Assembly: GCF_963921235.1 (NCBI RefSeq)
Contig: NC_086097.1
Coordinates: 48,176,001-48,240,000, forward strand
Direction: 5' to 3'
DNA from: Mobula hypostoma
Lineage: Eukaryota
Length of the DNA: 64,000 nucleotides
The notes under the pieces are model-generated. The model was not told the origin of the DNA. It saw nothing but the letters and a program-made list of their open reading frames with translations, and ran no database searches. Both the position numbers and the translations under genes were made by a program. The first letter of the stretch is position 1. Each line of letters opens with the position of its first letter. Positions 26,700-38,282 of this stretch are shown one piece after another.

Positions 26700-27063
26700 T
26701 CTGTGTCTATATATAATAGCTCGGAACCTCTGAACATTTTCAGCATATCATACACATGATAGAGATATTGAAACAATTATTTAACTAGGGAAATTTTTAA
26801 AAATTTGATTATTCCAATTTTATTTGCAAACTTCTTGATTGTTAGAGTCATATTCTAGAAATAAGCATCAAAACATTAGATTAGATTAGATCAGATTATG
26901 AGGACAGGTCCTTGTTTATCGTCATTTAGAAATGCATGCATTAAAAAATGATAGAATGTTCCTCCAGAGAGATATCACAGAAACACAGGAAAAACCAAGA
27001 CTAAAACTGACAAAACCACATAATTATAACATATAGTTACAACAGTGCAAAGCAATACTGTAA

Positions 27064-28478
27064 ACACGAGGAATTCTGCAGATGCTGGAAATTCAAGCAA
27101 CACACATCAAAGTTGCTGGTGAACGCAGCAGGCCAGGCAGCATCTCTAGGAAGAGGTACAGTCAACGTTTCGGGCCAAGACCCTTCGTCAGGACTAACTG
27201 AAGGAAGAGCTAGTAAGAGATTTGAGAGGGGGAGGGGGAGATCCAAAATGACGGGAGAAGACAGGAGGGGGAGGGATGGAGCCAAGAGCTGGACAGGTGA
27301 TAGGCAAAAGGGATATGAGAGGATCATGGGACAGGAGGCCCAGGGAGAAGGAAAAGGGGGAGGAGGGGAAAAACTCAGAGTATGGGCAAGGGGTATAGTC
27401 AGAGGGACAGAGGGAGAAAAAGGAGAGAAAGAGAAAGAATGTGTGTATATAAATAAATAACGGATGGGGTACAAGGGGGAGGTGGGGAATTAGCGGAAGT
27501 TAGAGAAGTCAGTGTTCATGCCATCAGGTTGGAGGCTACCCAGACGGAATATAAGGTGTTGTTCCTCCAACTTGAGTGTGGCTTCATCTTTACAGTAGAA
27601 GAGGCCGTGGATAGACATATCAGAATGGGAATGGGATGTGGAATTAAAATGTGTGGCCACTGGGAGATCCTGCTTTCTCTGACGGACAGAGCATAGGTGT
27701 TCAGCAAAACAATCACCCAGTATGTGTCGGGTCTCGCCAATATATAGAAGGCATTCAGGGCCCCAGACAGTCCTTCCAGGTGAGACAACACTTCACCTGT
27801 GAGTCGGCTGGGGTGATATACTGCGTCTGGTGCTCCCGATGTGGCCTTCTTTATATTGGCGAGACCCGATGCAGACTGGAAGATCGTTTTGATGAACACC
27901 TATGCTCTGTCCGCCAGAGAAAGCAGGATCTCCCAGTGGCCACACATTTTAATTCCACATCCCATTCCCATGCTGATATGCTTATCCATGGCCTCCTCTA
28001 CTGTAAAGATGAAGCCACACTCAGGTTGGAGGAACAACACCTTATATTCTGTCTGGGTAGCCTCCAACCTGATGGCATGAACATTGGCTTCTCTAACTTC
28101 CGCTATGCCCCACCTCCCCCTTGTACCCCATCCGTTATTTATTTATATACACACATTCTTTCTCTTTCTCTCCTTTTTCTCCTTCTCTGCCCCTCTGACT
28201 ATACCCCTTGCCCATCCTCTGAGTTTTCCCCCCTTCCCCTTTTCCTTCTCCCTGGGCCTCCTGTCCCATGATCCTCTCATATCCCTTTTGCCTATCACCT
28301 GTCCAGCTCTTGGCTCCATCCCTCCCCCTCCTGTCTTCTATCATTTTGGATCTCCCCCTCCCCCTCCCACTTTCAAATCTCTTACTAGCTCTTCCTTCAG
28401 TTCGTCCTGACGAAGGGTCTCGGCCCAAAACGTTGACTGTACCTCTTCCTAGAGATGCTGCCTGGCCTTCTGTGTTCG
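27064..28478. mobile_element. Penelope-like retroelement: two truncated copies in inverted orientation, with GIY-YIG endonuclease remnant and 15-bp TSD
   Basis: FTCESAGVIYCVWCSRCGLLYIGETRCRLEDRFDEH..VATHFN. 27130-27752 is the inverted copy of 27844-28468. TSD aaagcaatactgtaa at 27049-27063 and 28479-28493. Confidence 0.88.
27160..27195 (-). ncRNA. Candidate minimal hammerhead ribozyme motif in the Penelope-like terminal repeat
   Basis: Minus strand reads agtc-CTGACGA-a-ggg-tcttgg-ccc-GAAA-cg-TT-gact: helix I agtc/gact, both core boxes, helix II ggg/ccc, palindromic ACGT helix III, GUU triplet. Confidence 0.6.
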
Positions 28479-29479
28479 AAAGCAATACTGTAATTTGATA
28501 AAGAGCAGACCCATGGGCACGGTAAAAAAAAGTCTCAAGTCCTGATAGCCCATCATCTCAAGCAGATGGGAGAAGAGAGAAACTCTCCTTGCCCTGAACT
28601 CCAAGCGCCGCAAACTTGTCGATGCATTGGAAGCACCCGATCGCAGCCGACTCTGAGTCCATCCAAAAACTTCGAGCCTCCGACCAGCCCTCTGACACCA
28701 AGCACTGAGCACCATCTCTGCCGAGCGCTTCGACCCAGCCCCGGCTGCCAAGCAACAAGCAAAACCGAGGACTCGGGGCCTTCCCCTCTGGAGATTCTGG
28801 ATCACACAGTAGCAGTGGCAGCGAAGCAGGCCTTTCAGAAGTTTCACAGATGTTCCTCCGTGCTCTCACGTCTGTCTCCGTCAAATCAGGATTGTGCACA
28901 GCACCCTACTTGACAGATAACAGATATTCACCGGAGTGACTGCTGCACGCTGTGTCACGCTGCCATCTTCTCCTCCCGCCCATGATGTTTGCTTTGACTT
29001 AGCACCGTTCCTTTGTAAAGTACAAGACGTGTATTATGGCTGGTGTACCTCTCTGCCCAATACTGTCAGTATGCTATGACTTTAAGTGTCCTGATATGGC
29101 AGTTCTGAGATCTTGAAGATACGGTAACACTATTCTTTTCCACCTTTGTACTTAACCAACATACAGGCCTTGTAGACTGAATGCATGATGGCAATCAATG
29201 CTCAGATACTGAGAATACTGGCACAGCAGTGCAGTGTGCATTGTGAAAATGCCAGAACCTATCTTCCAAACAGTTGGTAGATGTTGGGACAATTGAAACT
29301 TCCAGAATTTGACTGTACAAGGTTAGGGCATTGACGAACGCAGATTGGTAATGCAGAAATGGGGATTTTTAATTGGTCACAGTTACTGCCAACACTGCCT
29401 AATTGATACTGAACAGGAAAGCCATTAAAAGTCAATCACAGTGATTCTGGAGCAAGGATTGTGATGAGGTTCCTGATGC

Positions 29480-30550
29480 CATTTTGGCCAAAAATGCCGA
29501 ACACATAATCCACAGAGAGGTGTAAATTGGATCTCAGGTTAGTTCTGTGAGAGGAAATGAGAGGTAATTGTTGAAGGACATTTTAATGATTTAAACTCTT
29601 TTACCAGTGGGATTTTAATAGTCTCGGTACTTGGTCCTTTGCATTTTGAAATGTACATGAATAATTAAAGTTTAATTGTGAGAGGCATAATAAAAGACTT
29701 TTCAGATTATATAGAATTTAGCTGTGTGGTTGACCGTAAATAGGAAAGGTTTAGAGTACACAAAGTTATAGGAGGTTTTGTAAGAAAGTGGGAAGGAAAT
29801 ATAATCTGGAGCGGTGTAAGTAATGTATCTGGGGAGATAAAACAAGGCCAGGAAATACACAAAAAGTGGAATGATATTGAGAATGAAAAAATCTTCAGAT
29901 GCTGGATATCCGAAATAAAGCAGAAACTACTGGAGACACTCAGATGGTCGGGTAGAATCTGTAGAAAGAGAAATTGTTAATACCTAAGCCTGCGACCTAG
30001 CATCAGAATAGAAGGATATCGAGTGTTGGGGAAGATTAAGGGAATCCTGGAATGTATGTCCACGTATCCTTACCAACAGTAGAAAAGGCCAAAAGGGTGA
30101 ATAAGGAAACACAGAATGGAATGAGCTGTGTTAGAACATGTACATTGCTACTGAAACTACAATTCGAATTTTGCACATTGTAGTTCACCACATTATAGGA
30201 AAGATGTGATTGCACTTGAGATGGTACTGAGGAGATTTATAAGGATGTTATAAATGTTGAAAACATTTAGCTCAAGGCAGGACTGAATTAGCCAGATTAG
30301 CTTTCTATGGAGTCTGATTTAAATGGCAGGTATAAAATTATGAGGGGTCTGGATAGAGTCAATGGGAAGGATTTGTTAAAAACCCAGGGACATAGATTTA
30401 AAGTGATTAGTGGAGATGTCAGCAGATCCTTTCTTTCACCCAGAGTGTGGTAGGGGTTTTGAAATTACCGCATGAAAGTGTGGTGACTGTGTACTTGAAG
30501 AAATGTGACCTGCAGAACTTTGTAACTAGTGTTAAGAAGTGGGATTAGTG
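29480..30550 (+). mobile_element. Old degenerate CR1 RT/3' fragment, interrupted near 29880-30010 by a Penelope-like terminal repeat
   Basis: Decayed motifs (ctcggtacttggtcctttgcatttt; cacattataggaaagatgtgattgcacttgag; ctttttcacccagagtgtgg-like). Confidence 0.55.
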
Positions 30551-30648
30551 AACAAATTTCACACCACATGCCGCTGATAATAAACCTGATTCTGATTCTG
30601 ATGAGATCGATGTAGCATTTTCTGGACCAGCATAAACAAGATGAACTA

Positions 30649-31187
30649 TGCTCGGTGGCACTTTATTAGGTACCCTCTGTACCTAATAAAGTGGCCATTG
30701 AGTGTATGTTCATGGTCTTCTGCTGCTGTCACCCATCCACTTCAAGATTTGACATGTGGTGCATTCAGAGATGCTCTTCTGCATACCACTGATGTAACGT
30801 ATGGTTATTCGAGTTTCTGTTGCCTTTTTGTCTGCTTGAACCAATCAGGACATTCTCTCCTCTGATCTTTCTCACTAAGGCTGTTTAACCCATAGAACTG
30901 CCACTCACTGAATGTTCTTATTGTTTTTTCAAACCATTCTCTGTAAACCCTAGAGACTGTTGTGCATGAAAATCCCAGGAAGTTCAGCCGTTTCCAAGGT
31001 ACTCAAACCACCCTGTCTGGCACCAATAATCATTCCATGGTCATAGTCACTTAGATCACAGCAACTGAACCTCTTGACCATGTCTGCATGTTTTTATGCA
31101 TTGAGTTATTGCCACAGGATTGACTGATTAAATATTTGCATTAACGAGCAGGTGTACAGGTGTACCTAATAAAGTGGCCACTAAGTG
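30649..31187 (-). mobile_element. Non-autonomous Tc1-derived element
   Basis: Termini gtggcactttattaggtac ... gtacctaataaagtggccactaagtg; interior homologous to 26207-26699. Confidence 0.78.
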
Positions 31188-32477
31188 AACATAACCTTCC
31201 TCAGTAATAGAAATAGCTTCTGATTCTCTACTAGGCCTGACGTGGTAAAGGTGGTGTTTCCACTCATGATGATTTGATTTGCCATGATCAGATGTGATGG
31301 CAAAACAGGCTTCAAGGCTATGTCATCTTTCTAGTCCCATGTAAATATGTAGTTACACTGAGTTTTTGCTAATCAAAAGATTTAAAAATTGTCATTCAAT
31401 CTCACTGTCAAAAGATATTGTAGCAATTATATCCCATCCTCCACTTCTGAAATTTAGTGCTTTTGATGTCAATGGAGCTGAATTTTAGTAGCAAGAGGTT
31501 CAGTTGTGACTGTACAGTGCCACTAACAAGAATGACTTGAAAACAGTTGTCTATTTTTCCTCAGTCTGTAATGGGTTATTTGGAAAACCATTTTATTTAA
31601 GCAAAACTGTTTCATTTTATACAATGGTGCTTAAGCAACAAAGCAAGTAAATCTTTTGTTCGCGGTTTATGGCTGAAGAGAAGAGCTGTAAAACTTTAAA
31701 GTTATGTACCTATTCTGAATAAACATCTGAACAAATCCTAAAGAGGGTTGTCATAGGCTTGCCAAATTCCTCACCTCGCAATTGTGTACCTTCTGTCAAC
31801 GCATTCAGATGAGTAAAAATTACGACATAGCAAGTATGTGTCACCTATTGAACAGTGGAAGACTTGCCTTGGTCCTTTTGTCCTTTGGGTTAAATGCGAC
31901 AATATAAAAATCACAGTCTGAGCAAACAGCATTCACAGCTTTAATTCTTGTGGCAATACAGTTTATAGTTTGTTTGAAATCTTCTGTTTAGAAGGTGGGG
32001 GGGGTTAATATAGCAACTTATATCTTCAATGAAAATTACAAGCAAATTAAAAATCACTTCATACAATTTATTATTTAAATTAAGGCTCAAGAGAAGATCA
32101 ATCTCCCACTAACACTATTATAACTATGAGCAATTTCTGTACACACCTGCTCTTCAAGTTCCCGCTGACTATTTGGGGTGGGGATCTATAATGCAAACCC
32201 AAGAAAGTGTCCCTCCCCTTCTTGTTTCTACCCATGTAACCTCACTGCAATATCCTCCAAGAATGTCATCTTTAATTACTGCTGTTATGTTCTCCTTTAT
32301 CTAAAAGGCTACACCCCTTCTGTCACACCTGTTGAATCTGTATCCTGGAATACTGAGCTGCCAGTCCTTTCCTCTTCTCAGCCACCTTGCTGTAATGACA
32401 AAGCTCGATGCAGGATTTTGCTTTACAAATAATTGCCTTTGCATATATGTAGAAATACATTGACATCATTGACATGG

Positions 32478-32603
32478 TACATGGAGCTTAGAAAAATAGA
32501 GGGCTATGGGCAACCCTAGGTAACTTCTAAAGTAAGTACATGTTCGGCACAGCATTGTGGACCGAAGGGCCTGTATTGTGCTGTAGGTTTTCTATGTTTC
32601 TAT
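32478..32603 (+). mobile_element. CR1 3' terminal fragment
   Basis: ggagcttagaaaaatagagggctatg...gaagggcctgtattgtgctgtaggttttctatgtttcta; same family as 16070-16430. Confidence 0.75.
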
Positions 32604-33913
32604 CTTATCGGAAGAGACATAGAAACAGTGATTAGTAAATGTAAAAATCAAAATGGGTCAGAGAAACGTGATCTATAAGAGACTAAATATATTGAGTAGT
32701 CATAAATGGTCCAATTAAGATGCTGGTCTGGCCTTAAAAGTTAGATTAGTAACTGATGGATGGGGAAGCATTGTTCATAGGGACTTAAACAAAGCTTGTG
32801 ACTCCTTACTGTAATACGGTCAGCTAGTCTCCTTCCTTTATTTCCCATGTTCTCCTCGTTTAATTTCTCTGACCAAATCATCTAAAACCCAGTGGTTGCA
32901 TTTATTGATTCAGCAAATTAAACAAAAGATTAAATTAGTATGAAGGACACTGTATCTGAAACTTACTTTCAAAGTTACGCTGACAATTTGGAATTAACCA
33001 CACACACCAGGTGTTTCAGTCCAGCTTGGACCAATGGCCAAATTTCCTCTTTTAGTAATGATGCTATTCATATTTATCTCATCTTTATTGCAAAATATTT
33101 CTTATTTGATTATTAGACACATGGAATTGTTCTGGATGCGATGCCAGTAGACTAATAAATTCACTTCCAAGAAGAGTCTCTAATGAGCATGCTTCTTTTT
33201 TAATTGGAGAGCTATTAAAGTGCCCATCATTGTGTTTTAGTGTGAGTGATTTGAAAAGTACAATATTTCACTTTACTATACTTCAGCAATTATACCAGAT
33301 AGTTGTTTTAAATTAATCTAGTTTGTGTGTACATATGTTGTAATTATACGCTTGGACAGTTCTCTTTAGGAAGCTTAAAATACTATCTGTTCATTGAAGG
33401 TACGGTGCTATGCTATTTTTAAAATATAATTTTAAAATTCTGAGTTCAAAGAAGTGGTCGTTTCAAAGAGGGAAGGGGAACGACCTTGCAAAGAGTGTGA
33501 TTCATTACATTTGTATGAGCTGCCACTTAAACAGGTAGTAACCCTAAGTGATAGACTGCTGAGAAACAGATATTCATTACAAAAGGCAAGCGACTCTGCA
33601 ATTGAATGATAAAATGTGTGACAATAATGGAAATCGGTTTATATTTCTCCATTACTTCATGGTTGTCAGGCTGTTTAACTGTGCATTACTCCGACCAAAG
33701 CCTCTTAGTTGTATGCTCCTTGTCTAGTGAATTCCTGGTTGTAACCTTCTAATGCTGGACATCGTAAGACATGCTTGTCCACATTAATTAATTTTAGTTG
33801 TCACCGCTGTAATTGGTGCAATGAATGAGGGAGCTAGACAGCAATGATATAAAGCAAGATGCTTCACAAGTCAGTTCACCATCCATCCTTTACTGTTTAC
33901 TTTTTGCTTTCAG

Positions 33914-34083
33914 ACACAAACAGCAATGACGGAGAGTGGAAAGGAAGGTTTATCGCAAGAAGCCATCATCCAGCAGAAGAGCAGCAGTCAGCCCTGGGCA
34001 GCAGGGGCACCGGCCTCTCAGAATTCATTACTGCCTGGAAGGGTTTCTTCTGGCACTTCCGCTGCAGCTTCTTTCTTCATCAG
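33914..34083 (+). CDS. KIF26A: Next coding exon (170 bp, phase 0/2) of KIF26A
   Basis: Acceptor tttttgctttcag| and donor AG|gtatca; phase is compatible with the previous exon. Ends in SAAASFFIR. From recall, KIF26A has FFIR and KIF26B has FFAR, so the paralogue call is moderately sure. Confidence 0.85.
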
Positions 34084-34314
34084 GTATCAGATTATTTCAT
34101 TTGTCAATGGGAAGCTTTAAATTGGATTAAACATTTTCAGTCAAGTTTGATTGGTTGATGTGATTTTCACTTAAAAGCTTAAAAATGGTTGAGCTTTAGA
34201 AACTGATTTTTGAAGTAAATTATTGCATTATTAGGTAATTTGATACAAATGATTTCTCTCCCTGTCATTTTGTAAGTTGATTTTCTCTTATCTTTTTGGG
34301 GTAGATCTTTATTT

Positions 34315-34600
34315 TATTGATAGATACAGTATGGAACAAGTGCTTCCAGCCAACGAGCTGCACTGCCCAGCAGCTCATCTATTTAACCCCATCCTAGTCA
34401 CAGGACAATTTGCAGTGACCAATTAAACTACTAACTGGTACGTCTTTGGACTGTGGGAGGAAAGTGGAGCACCGGGAGGAGATCCATACACTCACAGGAA
34501 GAACATGCAGACTTTCTCAGAGATGATGCTGGAGTTGAACTCCTTAACTCCGATGGCCTGCGCTGTAATAGCTTTGCACTAGCCGCTGCGCTGCTCTGGC
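34315..34600 (-). mobile_element. V-SINE/HE1-like SINE
   Basis: gtctttggactgtgggaggaaagtggagcacc is the reverse of the V-SINE-type core ggtgctcc..tttcctcccaca.tccaaagac. Confidence 0.65.
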
Positions 34601-36529
34601 ACCTTTGGCATTGGAGTCAGTGACATTAGATATTGCAGGAGAGCTAAAGCAGACACTCCTCTTGTTATTATCTAGCCAAGGAGAATCTCGCCTTTTATAT
34701 CTGCTTTCTCTCCTATTACGCTTTGTATGTTCAAAGCATACATCGCCAGTCCTCTGTCCAAACTTCTTCTGTGTGTGTGTGTAACTGCATTTTGGAATCT
34801 CTGATTTTCCTTTCTCTGTTCTGAATGGTTTTTCAGACAGGCTGGAGGAAATCCACCTTTGAAAGATGGGATTTGGGTATTTTTATTGTATGAAAGACCC
34901 TAACCTTCTACCATTCTTCTTGTCATAATATACAATGTAAATACTGAAGGGAAAAGAATAATAAGGCTTTGGGTTAAGGGCAAGAAGGTTAGATTAATTA
35001 GACAGCTCCATTGTGTGTTAATAGGGCAAATGGCTCCCTGCTGTGCTTATATAATTTTATAATTCCATGAATAATAATAGAGTTCCTGACATATCATGGC
35101 AATTAACCTTTGTCAGTTTGTCCACAACAGACAAGAATATGAATCCAGGAAGCCCAACAACAGGAGAGAATTGGGGATCCATAGATTAAAAGAGTTCCTT
35201 TGTTTCCTTTTTTTCCTGAAATCGATATATTTTTGAAAAATATTATTATTGAAAGAATTCTATGTATTTTTTTGAATAAATCAACATTGTTTACAGAATT
35301 TTTCTAGTCAGTCTATTCCATGGATTGAGCACAGTGGAAGTGAAATCTCTGGGTGAATTAAAATACTTTTATGGTATGATAAAGCTTTGAACTGTGAAAA
35401 CATCCAAATCAGCTAACTCTATAGAGGTATGAGAGATACTACTATTTTTGATTTGCCATAACCTCCCAGTTTATTTGTTTCTCTGTTTCCAATATAAATC
35501 TTGCAGGGCAGATGGTAGGTAGGATAACGTTGATCTGATCAAAGTGATGTCCATCTGCAGAACCTGAACCCTGCTGATCTTTTCTCCCCTGCTCTACAAC
35601 AAAATTGAAACCTCTTTCCGTGTAGATCCCTGAACAAGCATGTGTAAGAAAAGCTGCTACACCGGCCACCCTTAATATTATGAACGGAAATAAAAAGAAG
35701 TGATACATAGACTCCTGGCACTTCTTATATTATGATACAAACTGCCATTGCCATGTGGGTCAGTCAGTGAAAACAATTTAGAAGTCTCAGTTAATGTCAG
35801 AGATAATGGATTCAAACCTGCTTTTTTTTTGTAAAAAGCTTTTGCTGCAGTATCTAAGCAACCCGATTTGTTTGCTTTTGAGTTTATGGAAGATTTTATT
35901 CTGGGTATCTCATGTACTCTGGCAGAGGTGCACTGTGGTCTCTGGTAATCCTCTGTTTCAGGGTTCCCAAACTGGGGTCACCTCGGTTGGTGGTAGGTCC
36001 ATGGCATAAAAAATGCTTGGGATCCCCTGCTCTATTAAAAAGATGAGTTATGCCTCTGTATAATGCAGGAATACAGTCCCACGCCAGCTTTGGCCCCTGA
36101 TCCTACTATGGTGTGTTTCTCTGCATCAGATTTTCTGGCAGGCTGTGTTAGTTTTGAGGGCTGGCACCATGATTCTGCTCCTTTGAGACCTCTGCCACAA
36201 TAAACATCCGTGTTATGCACTAGAAAGTCAGTATATATCAATAATCACTGTGTAGCTCCTGTATTGACAACTTCCTCCATTAACTCTATGGTGATTGAAT
36301 GATTCTTTCTCAGTGCTTTTACAGAGTAACTGCTTTTGGAAGTTGAATATTCAATATAGAAGAGATTCAGTTAATGTTAAAACAGTTTTTTATTTGTATT
36401 GATGAAATGTGGACATAAATTTTGGAATAAGAGAAATGCAGGGGGATTATATAAAAAGAAGAAAATACTAGATAAGCTTAGCCGATTGGATTTGCATCTG
36501 TAGTAAAAAGTTGCCGACTGATCTCTTAA

Positions 36530-36700
36530 GCACCTCCAGCATTTCCTTCTGAAGGGTTTCGGCCGGAAAAGTCAACTGCACTTTTTTTCCATTGATGCTC
36601 CCTGGCCTGCTGAGTTCCTCCAGCATTTTGTGTGTGTTACTTGGATTTCCAGCATCCGCAGATTTTCTCTTGTTTGTATCCAGCATTTTCTGTTTAGGTT
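36530..36700 (+). mobile_element. Penelope-derived terminal repeat fragment(s)
   Basis: gaagggtttcggccggaaaagtcaactg...ctgctgagttcctccagcattttgtgtgtg...gcagattttctcttgttt. Confidence 0.7.
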
Positions 36701-37339
36701 GCAGATTTCCTTTGTATCCACGAGACCTGGCTGGAAATGCAATCGTGAGATCTCCATGTGGTATGTCAGTGTTCTGGTTGGGAGAAACCACAATTTGATC
36801 TGCAACACTGAATAGCTTTACTGTTGCACAGAAGGTATTGTGCATTTATTTTGTAAATTGTACTGCACAAACAGTGTCTAAAGGTACGGGGAAGTAGGCT
36901 CATTGTGGACACAGTGCCGAAAAACAATGCAAGGCCACTTCACAGGAAAGCAGAGAGTGAGTTTTGTTAGCAGTGTCTCCAAAATTTGTTTTGGGACTCG
37001 GTAGCTGAAGATTTTGTGTTAGCTTTGGAAAATCAAGGATGTTTGGAGTAACAGACAAAAGCACAAAATGATAGAAACACTCAGGATGTCAGGACAGATC
37101 TGTGGAAAGGAAAATATTTCAGGGCACGGACCCTTTGTCAGACTGTTAGTCAGATTTGGCACTCCTGTGCTGAGTTTTCTGACCACTCCATTTTCCAACA
37201 ACTATCTTCCTGCATGCCCCCCTCACTCCCTCACATCCCCTCGCACCCCCTCGCCTACTCAGTGGAGCTTTGCAGCTGGACTGTCCTTCATCCACAACAC
37301 GTAAGGTACAGACAACTCCTCTGTGCAGCTAGTATCACA

Positions 37340-37560
37340 GGTGGAAGCTGGATGTTTTACAGCACCAGTTGTAAGATCAGAGTTCTATCCCTGCCACGAT
37401 CTGCAAGGAGCTTGTACGCTCCTCCCCGTGACTGCATGGGTTTCCTCCAGGTGCTCCAGTTTCCTCCCACATTCCCAAGATGTATTGCTCGGGTTGGTAA
37501 GTTGTAGGCATGCTATATTTACGCCAGGAGCATGGCAACACTTGCAGAATGCTCAGCACA
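37340..37560 (+). mobile_element. V-SINE/HE1-like SINE
   Basis: ctccccgtgactgcatgggtttcctccaggtgctccagtttcctcccacattcccaaga core. Confidence 0.7.
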
Positions 37561-37841
37561 ATGCTCGCTGATTAGATGAGTAAACCATATTTAACTCACA
37601 TAACTTTTTCATATCACAAGGTTTGTCATTTTTAACTGACTTTTGAACTCATCAGTTTATTAAGATCTAGTAGACCACAGGCTCACCATTTACATGCACC
37701 AGACAATTAGCATTCTCAGTGATGCCCTTTACAAAGGTCCCACTTGTAACATATGAAGGAGAAAGATGTAATCTGCCACTGGTGGATCAGACTAGCAATG
37801 AGCCTCAGTGTTCAACACATTAAAGAGTTTTATGATATCCT

Positions 37842-38282
37842 AAGCAACACACACAAAATGTTGGAGGAACTCAACAGGTCAGACAGCATCCATGGAAATG
37901 AATAAACAGTCAACGTTTCGGGCCGAGACCCTTCTCCAGGACTGAAAAGGAAGGGGGAAGACTCCAGAATAAAAAGGTGGGTGGTGGGGAAGGAGACTAG
38001 CTTAGAAGATGCTGAGGTAGTGAGTCTGGGTGAACCCTCCCACTCCTCAGCCATGCACTCACCCAGACCTGCTACCACAGCACCTTCTAGCTAACCTCCT
38101 TCTTTCCCCTGCAGCTTTTTATTCTGGAGTCTTTCCCCCTTCCATTTCATCCTGAAGAAGGGTCTCAGCCCAAAATGTCGACTGTTTATTCATTTCCAGA
38201 GACGCTGCCTGGCCTGCTGAGTCCCTCCAGCATTTTGTGTGTGTTGCTCTGGATTTCCAGCCTCTGCAGCGACTTTCCCGTG
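37842..38282. mobile_element. Palindromic Penelope-derived mini-element with 13-bp TSD
   Basis: Arms ~37843-37975 and ~38115-38248 are inverted copies. tttatgatatcct is duplicated at 37829-37841 and 38283-38295. Confidence 0.8.

Larger units (their letters stand above)
26876..28978 (-). mobile_element. Non-coding retroposon (~0.7 kb, (CTAAT)n tail) split by the Penelope insertion
   Basis: Tail attagattagattagatcagatt at 26876; 5' end gggaggagaagatggcagcg on the minus strand near 28978. The halves rejoin at the 15-bp TSD. Family not identified. Confidence 0.5.

Noticed and set aside
27037..27474. Pro/Ser-rich and Gly/Arg-rich ORFs in the Penelope arms
   Set aside because: Translations of the purine/pyrimidine-skewed non-coding terminal repeat, mirrored in the inverted arm.
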